This document shows positions 39,301-48,586 of a stretch of DNA of 64,000 nucleotides, one piece after another. The translations under genes were made by a program, and so were the position numbers. Within the stretch, counting starts at the first letter, position 1. Each line of letters starts with the position of its first letter. Origin of the DNA: a virus. Its lineage: Duplodnaviria > Caudoviricetes. Below the pieces are notes generated by a model. The model worked only from the letters and a program-made list of their open reading frames with translations, was not told where the DNA came from and made no database searches. The stretch covers positions 160,001 to 224,000 of the IMG/VR virus record IMGVR_UViG_3300028048_000039. The stretch is one strand, 5' to 3'.

Positions 39301-39804
39301 CTACTCATTTCCGGAATCTTTTTTCCAAAATTTTTCCTCCTTGATGCCAACCCTATACCACCAAGACTCATCGTCAGCACCTATAACCCAATCAGTTTCC
39401 GGATTAACATCTGGAACATTCATCGTCTCTGCCATATCAGCAATAAGACTACAAGCACACTCAAAAGCTTCCTCTCCAGACTTGCAAGGATAAACCTCCG
39501 AGTAATAGTACCCATCAGTACCCATAGTTTCCGCAATTACGAAGGTAACCTTCTCATCAGTATCCTCATCCTCCTCTCTCTTGAGAACATTGAGAACATA
39601 ATCCCAAGCATCGTTGATTAAGTCCTCCAACTCATCTTCATAGTAATTCTCTGCATAAACTGCCAACGATACGCCATCTTTGCAGATTTCGCAAGTGTAA
39701 CTGCCATCGTGGCAGTAATCAGTAATCTTAATTTCCTTGCCTACTCTTTTAAGGTCTTTATTTGCTTCAGCAAGTGTATTCTCCCAATCGTTTCTTCTAT
39801 TCAT
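39301..39804 (-). CDS. acidic hypothetical protein
   Basis: start reset to ATG 39804, which follows an AGGAGGT SD. Confidence 0.85.
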   Translation of the reverse strand: MNRRNDWENTLAEANKDLKRVGKEIKITDYCHDGSYTCEICKDGVSLAVYAENYYEDELEDLINDAWDYVLNVLKREEDEDTDEKVTFVIAETMGTDGYYYSEVYPCKSGEEAFECACSLIADMAETMNVPDVNPETDWVIGADDESWWYRVGIKEEKFWKKDSGNE

Positions 39805-39820
39805 ATTATACCTCCTATTT

Positions 39821-40057
39821 TTAATCAAGATTAAAATTCTCCTTGCAAAACTCTTTGCCATCAAAGATTACTGAAAACATTTCGCTGGAATTTGCGAAAC
39901 AATAATAGTCCAAGTCCTCCAATGATAGACCATTTTCCTTTGCGATTTCCTCCAGACGCTTGTCAATGAAAGCGATTTGTTCCGGAGTATAATCGTCTTC
40001 AAAATCGTCAATAAGGCTTGCTCTAATGCTTTGGTAAGTAATTTTAGTATCTTCCAT
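39821..40057 (-). CDS. small acidic protein
   Basis: SD; -24/-12 site at 40111. Confidence 0.8.
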   Translation of the reverse strand: MEDTKITYQSIRASLIDDFEDDYTPEQIAFIDKRLEEIAKENGLSLEDLDYYCFANSSEMFSVIFDGKEFCKENFNLD

Positions 40058-40196
40058 ATTATACCTCCTTTTTTAAGTGTTAGACAATAAGTGTTTCCAT
40101 ATATACTAATAACAAGTTCCGTGCCAGACTTTCAAAAAATAAGGGGGAGAACAAAATTTTTTTCATCCTCCCCACAAACCAAAACACACAAACAAA

Positions 40197-40442
40197 CTAT
40201 GAAACCCTCTTCTTATAATATCTGTCAGCAGAATAAGTATCGCTTCCATCTTCCTCCGTAACCTCAGCATCCTCAAGGGCAAAACCCATCTCACTCATTA
40301 GGTAGTCACAATACAAGTGTTCGTGCTTCCAATCACCCCACTCAATCACAACAAGAACTCCGTCATCGCCATCTGGAACTACATCCTCAAAATAAAGGTC
40401 ACTCTTCCTTAACTTCTCCCTGACTTTATCAACATCTATCAT
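40197..40442 (-). CDS. small acidic protein
   Basis: SD; WGDWKHEH motif. Confidence 0.8.
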   Translation of the reverse strand: MIDVDKVREKLRKSDLYFEDVVPDGDDGVLVVIEWGDWKHEHLYCDYLMSEMGFALEDAEVTEEDGSDTYSADRYYKKRVS

Positions 40443-40528
40443 AGATACCTCCTTTTTTAATAGTTAATAATCTATGTCCGCAACTGCGTACTACACATCC
40501 CTTAATAAGCAACAATTGTTCCAGAATG

Positions 40529-40870
40529 TTAATCTTCGTCAGTTTCTACTCCAACTTCGTTGTAATCAAAGATGTCTTCCTTGTTTTCCTGCATCCATTC
40601 AGCGATGTCCACAAGTGCATCAGTGCCTATGTTAGCATTATCCCACCAATCGCTTCCATCACCACTACTGGCAAAGAAGATAAGTCTTCCATTCTTCTTT
40701 AGCTCAACACTATCAAGTGTGTATATGAAATAGTCATCTTCATTATCCCTAACGATTGGGCAATCATCCAAGTAGCTGACCTCAAGCGTGTCCTTACCGG
40801 ACTCCTTCATTATATTGGTGATTATCTCTATTGCTTCGTTCTCTATTTCTGCAAGTTTTTCTCTCATCAT
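40529..40870 (-). CDS. small acidic protein
   Basis: SD. Confidence 0.8.
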   Translation of the reverse strand: MMREKLAEIENEAIEIITNIMKESGKDTLEVSYLDDCPIVRDNEDDYFIYTLDSVELKKNGRLIFFASSGDGSDWWDNANIGTDALVDIAEWMQENKEDIFDYNEVGVETDED

Positions 40871-40950
40871 ATTGTACCTCCTTTTTTATAGTGTTAATAA
40901 AATCAGTTATCAGTTTCCGGAAGATGCCGGTGCTTATTCCGGCACTCTCG

Positions 40951-41214
40951 CTACATTTCCTCGTCCTCCGCAATCTCCTTCTCAATTCTCTTCAAGATGT
41001 TCATTGCTTCAGTCTTCGCCATTGCCCTGACCATTTGAGCAACATTTTTACCGAAAGCATCACTCCTGAACTCTTCTACCTCTTTGCTGTACTCTATTAT
41101 GAGCATCGCAAGTTTAAGGTCGTCAATGTTCTTGTTGCTGAACTCTGCAACCTTCTCATCTACTTTGTCCTTTATATCTGCCATAAGGACTCCGGCAACA
41201 TTTAATCCAATCAT
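40951..41214 (-). CDS. small helical protein
   Basis: SD; -24/-12 site at 41277. Confidence 0.8.
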   Translation of the reverse strand: MIGLNVAGVLMADIKDKVDEKVAEFSNKNIDDLKLAMLIIEYSKEVEEFRSDAFGKNVAQMVRAMAKTEAMNILKRIEKEIAEDEEM

Positions 41215-41316
41215 ATTGTACCTCCTTTTTTAAGTTGTTAGTAAAATCAGTTAATTCGTGTGGACATTAACATACTTGCGAATATCGTGCCAAACTCTTC
41301 ATTTCTGGAAAAAATT

Positions 41317-41577
41317 TTACATTTCTCTCTCAAAAATTTTGCAGATAGTGTGATTTTCACAATAATAGCCGTCCTGATAAATTTCAAAACCTCCGTTCTT
41401 GTACTCATCAATTTTGATTTCATCCGCATCAAAATTCTCTACATAAGTTGTTGTTTCATTTTCCAATGTGGAAGCAACTTCTGCAAGTGCTTCTTCCTTT
41501 GTCTTGAAGACATCAACCTTTAAATTTTCGTCAGTTATATCCCAGACCGATTGTGTTACTACTACAAATACTTTCAT
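41317..41577 (-). CDS. small acidic protein
   Basis: SD. Confidence 0.8.
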   Translation of the reverse strand: MKVFVVVTQSVWDITDENLKVDVFKTKEEALAEVASTLENETTTYVENFDADEIKIDEYKNGGFEIYQDGYYCENHTICKIFEREM

Positions 41578-41598
41578 ATTATACCTCCTTTTTAAGTG

Positions 41599-42120
41599 TT
41601 AATCTACTACTCCATTACCATAATAGAGATTGAAACTTCTTCCTTCTGAAATAAGACATCTCCAAAGATAATAATCTTCTTCCATTTGTTCATCCTGAAA
41701 TTTATGATAACTACCATTACAATAGCGTAACCTATTATTTTCCCTATACATTTTCTCGCACACCTCATCAAATGTACCTTCAAGTTCATAAGTCCTGATA
41801 GTATCCTCCTTATGCGGATAGACGTGATGCCTTACAACGCCATCTTTGTCGGCATATTCCCATACATCGTGTTCATAGTGGCTTTCACAGACTACTTTTA
41901 TTTTTTCGTTCCACTTCTTAACTATGCGAATAATGTTATCAATTTGCTTACAAGCAAGGTCAATAGCATAGTCATCGCTTCTTAAATAAGTCCAACGACT
42001 TTTTTCATACTTGAGTTCCTTTGTAACATAACCAACAAAGTCCTTTTCGTGATACAACGGCATTTTGTCAATGTGATAGAACGCCATCAAATACTTTAAT
42101 TCTTGTTTTGTGTAACTCAT
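41599..42120 (-). CDS. hypothetical protein
   Basis: SD; LRYCNG and YYGNGVVD motifs. Confidence 0.85.
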   Translation of the reverse strand: MSYTKQELKYLMAFYHIDKMPLYHEKDFVGYVTKELKYEKSRWTYLRSDDYAIDLACKQIDNIIRIVKKWNEKIKVVCESHYEHDVWEYADKDGVVRHHVYPHKEDTIRTYELEGTFDEVCEKMYRENNRLRYCNGSYHKFQDEQMEEDYYLWRCLISEGRSFNLYYGNGVVD

Positions 42121-42433
42121 AATGTACCTCCTTTTTTAGATGTTAGACAATCGTGTTCATTAAGATATACCTGAGAACTCCGGAAATCTTACAAGGGAAG
42201 GTTTTTTTCAACCCTCCACTCTTCTATATTCAAATTCTATGCCACACTTTCAAAATTCCGGCATTTCCGGCAAAAAAATTTATCAATCTCCTTTTTTTTA
42301 AAAAAAGGCGTGACGGAGACTATACTTCAGCGATTTACTTACTGCTTGGTCTCCGGTTTAACCCAGAAACAAAATCCGGCACACTAATACTATTGCAAAT
42401 AGTGTGCCAGACTACTCATTTCCGGAAATTTTT

Positions 42434-42700
42434 TTAATAACACTTCACAACTCTCTCCGGCATTACCTTCTTGGGAAGCTTCCCCTCCAGCGTTGCCCAC
42501 TTCACATCGTGGTCTTCAACATATTCCGGAATAACCCAATCAGTAAATATACCATCGCAGTTTGCTTTCTTCCCATACTTAATCTCGGCAATCTTCGCCT
42601 TGACTATCGGTTTCGTGTCAATCCTCATTGAAAGGGTAAAGCAAACATAATCGCCCTCTTTCAACTCAATACCAAACTTGTCACATACCTTCCTGTCCAT
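42434..42700 (-). CDS. hypothetical protein (KOW/SH3-like 'DKFGIELKEGDYV')
   Basis: ORF coupled to 42702 gene. Confidence 0.75.
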   Translation of the reverse strand: MDRKVCDKFGIELKEGDYVCFTLSMRIDTKPIVKAKIAEIKYGKKANCDGIFTDWVIPEYVEDHDVKWATLEGKLPKKVMPERVVKCY

Positions 42701-42701
42701 A

Positions 42702-43367
42702 TTATTTCTCCTCCAATGCTTTAAGAATACTCTTTAAGTCCTCAAGTGAAAAGTCAGCAAGTTCGTGCCAATTCTTCTCATTTGTCATAATGTCATCATC
42801 TCCGTAGATGTGGAAATAGATAATGCCTTCTCCCTCCATTTGAAACGCAAGGTCAACCTCCGGTAACTCAAGACTGCTCAAACCACAAGCACCCTCTTCG
42901 CCAATAACGGCAGAAAGTTTCATTGGATGCTCCTCGTCAGTATCCATCAGTATAGCAGAAATCTTTTTCCTGACATCCTCCCACTCTTCAAGGCCATCGT
43001 ACTCATCAATGCTATCAAGGATGGAGATGATAGTATCTGCCTTGTAAGTGAGACCATCGCTACCATCCAAGCAATACCAATTATCCTCGTCAGCAATCAT
43101 TTCCTTTTTCGTTGGGGTTTCAAGATAAGTCCTCATAATAGGAAGGAAATAGCAAAGTATGTCATTATCTACAATGCGAAGGGCATAGCAATAATACTCC
43201 TCCAATCTATCTTCCTCATTGATTGCATAACCATAGATTGTATCAAAGTTATGTTCAGGACTTGTATTCAGGAAACCTCCGTTCCTGATGACTACTTCCT
43301 TAATCGCAACGTAAGCATCGTTAAGGGATTTAAAAATTTCCTTTCTCGTCTTTTCAATTTTGTTCAT
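42702..43367 (-). CDS. acidic hypothetical protein
   Basis: SD; -24/-12 site at 43407. Confidence 0.85.
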   Translation of the reverse strand: MNKIEKTRKEIFKSLNDAYVAIKEVVIRNGGFLNTSPEHNFDTIYGYAINEEDRLEEYYCYALRIVDNDILCYFLPIMRTYLETPTKKEMIADEDNWYCLDGSDGLTYKADTIISILDSIDEYDGLEEWEDVRKKISAILMDTDEEHPMKLSAVIGEEGACGLSSLELPEVDLAFQMEGEGIIYFHIYGDDDIMTNEKNWHELADFSLEDLKSILKALEEK

Positions 43368-43508
43368 AATGTACCTCCTTTTTTAATGATTATCTACTCT
43401 ACTACTAACAAATATCGTTCCAAAAACAACAAAAAAGTGGGGAAGACCAAAAATTTTTTTAATCTCCCCACAATTCGTCTAACACTGGAAACCTCCGGAA
43501 ACCATTGA

Positions 43509-43862
43509 TTACTTGACTATCACTTCATAATTCCTTACCAAGTAGTCAGCAAACCTCTTCATTGTGTCAGTATCAAACTCGTCAATGTCAGTTTCAACCT
43601 CTTCCTCGTCGCCCAATGTGATATCTCCATCCTCATAATAGATGATGTCAAGTTTCCTCCTCTCATTGTACTCGTTCCCCTCGCAATCCTCAACTTCAAC
43701 ATCATACCGGAAACTACCACCCAAGTCAGTCGCATCAATGGTAAAGATACCTTCTGCATCTTCCTCAATGCCCAATGCACTACGGAGCAATTCAATCTCT
43801 CTCTTAATGAAGCCTTTAAGGTCTTCTCTCGCCTTTGTGATAATCGTGTCAGTGTAATTCAT
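43509..43862 (-). CDS. highly acidic small protein
   Basis: SD. Confidence 0.85.
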   Translation of the reverse strand: MNYTDTIITKAREDLKGFIKREIELLRSALGIEEDAEGIFTIDATDLGGSFRYDVEVEDCEGNEYNERRKLDIIYYEDGDITLGDEEEVETDIDEFDTDTMKRFADYLVRNYEVIVK

Positions 43863-43880
43863 AATGTACCTCCTTTCTCT

Positions 43881-44306
43881 TTAATCGTTAGTAATATCGT
43901 AGCAACCAATAATGCCATCCACATCCCCATAGAAGAAACGAACATAAAAAGTCCTCCCCTTGTAAGTGATGTCATAGCACATCTTCATAATGTACTCGTT
44001 AGTACCATCATCGCAACCATCGTCTATTCCGCAATCAACATACACACACTTGTCAATAGCATCCTTTGCCATAAGACTATCAATACAAGCGGAAATCCCT
44101 CTATCGTCATACACATAGTCATCAAGGATGTCCATCAACTCTCTCTTCACTTTCTCGCCATCATCCTCATCTTTCTCGCCATTGAGCAAGTCAAGACACT
44201 CGCCCAACTTCTCAAGGACATCTTCCTCTGCATCAGTAAGACCTTCCTTACTAATAAGGTCGTGATAGATACCGCTAATTCTTTTCAATAAGTCTTTTTT
44301 TATCAT
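43881..44306 (-). CDS. highly acidic small protein
   Basis: SD; -24/-12 site at 44358. Confidence 0.85.
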   Translation of the reverse strand: MIKKDLLKRISGIYHDLISKEGLTDAEEDVLEKLGECLDLLNGEKDEDDGEKVKRELMDILDDYVYDDRGISACIDSLMAKDAIDKCVYVDCGIDDGCDDGTNEYIMKMCYDITYKGRTFYVRFFYGDVDGIIGCYDITND

Positions 44307-44434
44307 AATGTACCTCCTTTTTTAGATGTTAGTAATCAAGTGAACTACTTTTTAGTATGCAAATACTTCGCCAAACTTGGTATTTCCGGAAACTTTTTTG
44401 CAAAATATACCGCAATTGCGTACTACTGAACTCG

Positions 44435-44716
44435 TTAGAAGAAATGTATCTCCGCAAAGTCGTTGTCCTTGTCCATCTCCTCCAAGATAGTCTTGCAGAC
44501 CTCCCCGAACTCTTCGTCCTCAAGATGACCTTCCAAGAACTCTCTTCCTAACTCCATATAACCTTCATCCTCCGAGAGCCAATAATCTCCGTTGCTGTCA
44601 TCTCCCACTTCTTTAACCCAAGAAACGAACTCGTCACAATCTCCGTAACTTGATACCGGAACTTTGTCGCTATACTCTACCTTGTAAGTCTTGCAGATGT
44701 GTAAACCATAACTCAT
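44435..44716 (-). CDS. highly acidic small protein
   Basis: SD. Confidence 0.8.
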   Translation of the reverse strand: MSYGLHICKTYKVEYSDKVPVSSYGDCDEFVSWVKEVGDDSNGDYWLSEDEGYMELGREFLEGHLEDEEFGEVCKTILEEMDKDNDFAEIHFF

Positions 44717-45013
44717 ATTATACCTCCTTTTTTAATAGTGTTGAACAATCAAGTGAACTCTCTCTCTTCATTTATACTCCGGAACTCCGGAAACCTTACA
44801 TCAACCTTTAAGTTTTTTCATCTTTGTTGTAACTCTTCTTCATATAGACCTCCTTCTTTAAAGTGTTAGACAAATAAGTGTGAACTATGCCGCAACTGCG
44901 TACTACTGATAACCTCTTAACAAATATCGTTCCGGAATTTAAAATCTCCCAAACTTTTTTTCGTTCCACCAATGATATATACTCATCCTCTCCGGAAATC
45001 TTGCATCATACCT

Positions 45014-45535
45014 TCAGGTTTCTTCATCTTTCTCATCATCATATGGAGTTTCCTCGTTGATGGAAACCTTCGCAGCTTCCTCTGCTTCCTCCTCATTATT
45101 ATAGATAAAGTCACTCTCATCGTACAAGCATCCATCCTCTCCATACACCTCATACCCATACTTCTTCTCATTGTTAGTGATAGTGATGCCGCACTCTTTG
45201 TACTCGGTGGTCTTTACCACGTTCTTGGAGTCATAGATAGTTTCATCATCTCCCTCATACGTAGTGTAAAGATATCCATACATCCCATCAATGTAGCTCT
45301 CAATGGTCACAAGCGTATCGCCTTTCTTCCATACCTGGAAGTTGATGTCATCGGTATCAATTGGGATGAAATGCTCCTTCTCAAAGTATTCCTTAATCTT
45401 CTCATAGCTTTCCAGTTCATAGTAAGCGTGAAGTGCCTCCTGGTTATAGCTGCATCTACTATCAAGACCACCACCTGCTGGTTCAGACTCTTCGGAAATA
45501 TAAGGTTTTCCATACCTATCAACAAATCTACTCAT
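45014..45535 (-). CDS. highly acidic hypothetical protein
   Basis: SD; consensus -24/-12 site at 45590. Confidence 0.85.
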   Translation of the reverse strand: MSRFVDRYGKPYISEESEPAGGGLDSRCSYNQEALHAYYELESYEKIKEYFEKEHFIPIDTDDINFQVWKKGDTLVTIESYIDGMYGYLYTTYEGDDETIYDSKNVVKTTEYKECGITITNNEKKYGYEVYGEDGCLYDESDFIYNNEEEAEEAAKVSINEETPYDDEKDEET

Positions 45536-45626
45536 ATGATACCTCCTTTTTTAATGGGTTAAACAATTAAGTGTGGACAATAATATACTTGCAAAATCCG
45601 TGCCAAACTGATAAAAAAAGGGAAGA

Positions 45627-46751
45627 TTAAGTTTTCATCTTCCCCCCTTTCTGCCCATTACACTTTCTACAAATCATCTGCAAATTCTCAAGAATTGTCT
45701 TTCCACCTCGCCACCAAGGAATTATGTGGTCTCCCTCCATCTCTTCAAAGGTATGATGCTCTCCGCATATTGGACAAACCCCCTCTTGTTTCTCATAAGC
45801 CGTTCTCTTGTCCACATTGCTAAATGTCCTCTTGGAAAGCTTCCTTGCAATGTCCTCGCTCTCATTGGAAAGCACGTACTCATAAATGCCCTTCTTGTCA
45901 GTAACTTCCTCGTTCTCCATCAATGAGTGAATTTTCTCCTCCAAGGTCTCGCAATCATACTCATTGCCCTTATAAGTGTCATAGAGCTTTCCCCAGTTTA
46001 AGCCGCACATCTCCTTTCTATAATACTTTCCGGTATTAAACGTCCCCTCAATCCAAGAAATCACATTGTTGAAGTAATCCCAAAGCTCACTGGCATCCTC
46101 ATCGTGCTGATGCTCTGCCATATAGTCAGCAATCTTTCCATCACTTATCCAGGAAAGCGCAGTCTCAAGGTACTCTTGCCTAATCGGACTTCCCTTTACA
46201 AACCTATTACCAATCTTATAGGCCACACAATTGGTCTTGCTGAACTTCTTCTTTGCATCGGTAAGCCACTTTCCGGTATAGTTGATATTAAGCAGCTCCT
46301 GGTCAGTAAGCTTTTCCCCGGCAATGTTAATCGTCCTAAACCAATCCAACCTCTCCTTGTCATTGCCATTGCAGACGTAGATATCCACTGGATAAGATAG
46401 AATTCTCTCCTGCTCAACGTCAGTCAAGTTATGGAAGTACATAGGAACACCCTCAACCTCAACCGAGAAGTCCCCGGAAACGTACTGGCAAAAGGAAATA
46501 GTCCTCTGCTGTCCATCAAGGACTTCATAAGTGCCATCCTCATTTTCCGCCCAGTACATAACGTTAAGCGGAAACCCCTTAAGGATAGTTTCAATCACTG
46601 CTGCCCTTTGCTTGTCCTTATAAACGAACTCCCTTTGATATGCCGGACGGATGTTAAGCTTTCCACTGAAGCCGGAAACTCCACCCTCGGCATTGTCAAC
46701 GTAGTCCTTGCTAATCTCCTTGATTGTGTAATTCTTGTGTTCTATTCTCAT
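45627..46751 (-). CDS. DUF262 + HNH endonuclease (GmrSD-like N-terminus)
   Basis: RPAYQREFVY, LDGQQR, F..IN..G..L; C-terminal CPIC..GDHIIPW..GG.T..NLQ..C..CN. Confidence 0.9.
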   Translation of the reverse strand: MRIEHKNYTIKEISKDYVDNAEGGVSGFSGKLNIRPAYQREFVYKDKQRAAVIETILKGFPLNVMYWAENEDGTYEVLDGQQRTISFCQYVSGDFSVEVEGVPMYFHNLTDVEQERILSYPVDIYVCNGNDKERLDWFRTINIAGEKLTDQELLNINYTGKWLTDAKKKFSKTNCVAYKIGNRFVKGSPIRQEYLETALSWISDGKIADYMAEHQHDEDASELWDYFNNVISWIEGTFNTGKYYRKEMCGLNWGKLYDTYKGNEYDCETLEEKIHSLMENEEVTDKKGIYEYVLSNESEDIARKLSKRTFSNVDKRTAYEKQEGVCPICGEHHTFEEMEGDHIIPWWRGGKTILENLQMICRKCNGQKGGKMKT

Positions 46752-46958
46752 AATGTACCTCCTACTCTTATTGGGTTAATACTTTATCGTCTATTGACGT
46801 GTATGCAAATTATGTGCCAAACTTTACTTTCTGCAGAAAATTTTAGTCTAATAGTACACAATTTGAAATAGTAGGGTTAGATAGGTATGTAGAAGATAAC
46901 CCTCATTATGGACATAGATTTACTATTAGCGGAAAAGAAACTTACGCAAGAATTTTAA

Positions 46959-47960
46959 TTAAGCGGAAAGTTTCTTAATAAGTATTCTTGCATAGACACC
47001 TTTATTATTTACATAGAACTTTACTCTGCCATCGTTTCCATTTATAAGTCCTTCTCCTCTCGCACCACTCATAATTCCCACTATTTCAAATTGTGTAGAA
47101 ATGCTGTTAATCTCTATATGAATAGTACCATCACTCCACAAATATTTCAACCCCGTAATCGGAATACCGATAACTCCGTTATAGTCCATAGGAAATTTCT
47201 CCATCCTACCACACTCAATAGCATCGTAATTATCGTACTTTGGAAAATCTTTCTCGTTGTACTTCTTGTAAGTGTCAAGTGTTTCTCTTTTATTATCATT
47301 TGAAACATTTGTGTACCAACAAATAGAATTTACTTGCTTGTATATTCCATCTGCCTTTGTAATATACCTCTCATTTTCAATAGGATAATTTGCGGGCATT
47401 TTGAAGTATGGCATTTTGCCTGTGAATAAAGTTCTGCCAAGCCAAAGTTGTCCGTTCTTTATAAGTGGAAATATCTCTTTGTAGGTAATTGCGTTGTTAT
47501 TCCCCAAGATAATAAATTTCTTGTTGTACTTCATAAGTTGAGCAACATACTCCCTGAACAAGCTAAATGGTGGGTTGGTAACTACCACGTCAGCTTCCTT
47601 AAGATAAGCAATGCACTCCTCACTCCTGAAGTCCCCATTACCATTAAGATAGGTAACCTTTACCTCTTCATCATCCACTCTCCTATTGCCGTTCTTGTCC
47701 CCCTCATATACCAATACCACACCACGTCCATCTGCCTTATATCCAGTGCTGATGAGCTTCTTCAACCCAAGGTGCTCAAAGTTAAGGGAGAAGTATTTAA
47801 AGAAGTTAGACTCCCTGGCATCATCACAATTACAATAAACCACCTTCCCCCTGAAGAAGTCCTTGTAATGCACCATCTCTTTCTCAATATCTGACAATTG
47901 AGTGTAGAATTCGTCTTGCTTTGCTGTCTTTGCCTTGTGTAAATTAGAGTTCTTTGCCAT
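46959..47960 (-). CDS. EcoRI-family adenine-specific DNA methyltransferase
   Basis: DEFYT..DIE.E, VYCNCDD, GDFRS.EC, VVTNPPFSLFREY, YARILI. Confidence 0.9.
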   Translation of the reverse strand: MAKNSNLHKAKTAKQDEFYTQLSDIEKEMVHYKDFFRGKVVYCNCDDARESNFFKYFSLNFEHLGLKKLISTGYKADGRGVVLVYEGDKNGNRRVDDEEVKVTYLNGNGDFRSEECIAYLKEADVVVTNPPFSLFREYVAQLMKYNKKFIILGNNNAITYKEIFPLIKNGQLWLGRTLFTGKMPYFKMPANYPIENERYITKADGIYKQVNSICWYTNVSNDNKRETLDTYKKYNEKDFPKYDNYDAIECGRMEKFPMDYNGVIGIPITGLKYLWSDGTIHIEINSISTQFEIVGIMSGARGEGLINGNDGRVKFYVNNKGVYARILIKKLSA

Positions 47961-48208
47961 AATGTACCTCCTTTTTTAAAGTGTTAAACATAATGATACC
48001 TCACAAAAACCATACCGCACTCATCAAATATATAGAAAAAAATTGAAAAAAGCAAAAAAATCAACCCCTCAATCCCACCAGGAAACCGGAAACCCGGTTA
48101 ATAATAGCCGCATTTGCGTACTACACCAGGTTTCGGAAAGCGGCAGTCCCAACTGACAAATTGTCCACTCTTTCAGCCAGGAACCGCCGGAAACCTGGAT
48201 GCTACTCG

Positions 48209-48586
48209 TTACTTGATGGCGGCAATTGCCTTATAAACCTCTTCCACCGCCTTGTTGACCTGCTCAATTGTCTCATAGACCTTCGCAATGACCTCGTCAG
48301 CTACCTCGTCCCTCTCGTCTTCCTCCTCTTCCTCGTCATCATAGCCAACCTCATAGTCATACCAGTCCACGTAGCCAAGCCACTTCGCAATCTCGTCCTT
48401 TTCGTACCACAAGATGTCGTTCACTTCCTCTTCAGTGAGCGCTTCTACGCCCTCTCTATCCTCGATGTACTCCTCCACCTCATCGCAGTCGCCCTTTTCC
48501 TTGAGGACTTCAAGTGTGTCAAGTCCGCCACCCCAAGCCGGGAATTCATTGAGGGACACTTCCTCATACTTCTTAATTTCTACCAT
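48209..48586 (-). CDS. very acidic hypothetical protein (first gene of the island)
   Basis: SD; FPAWGGG..VNDILW; DDEEEEEDE. Confidence 0.85.
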   Translation of the reverse strand: MVEIKKYEEVSLNEFPAWGGGLDTLEVLKEKGDCDEVEEYIEDREGVEALTEEEVNDILWYEKDEIAKWLGYVDWYDYEVGYDDEEEEEDERDEVADEVIAKVYETIEQVNKAVEEVYKAIAAIK

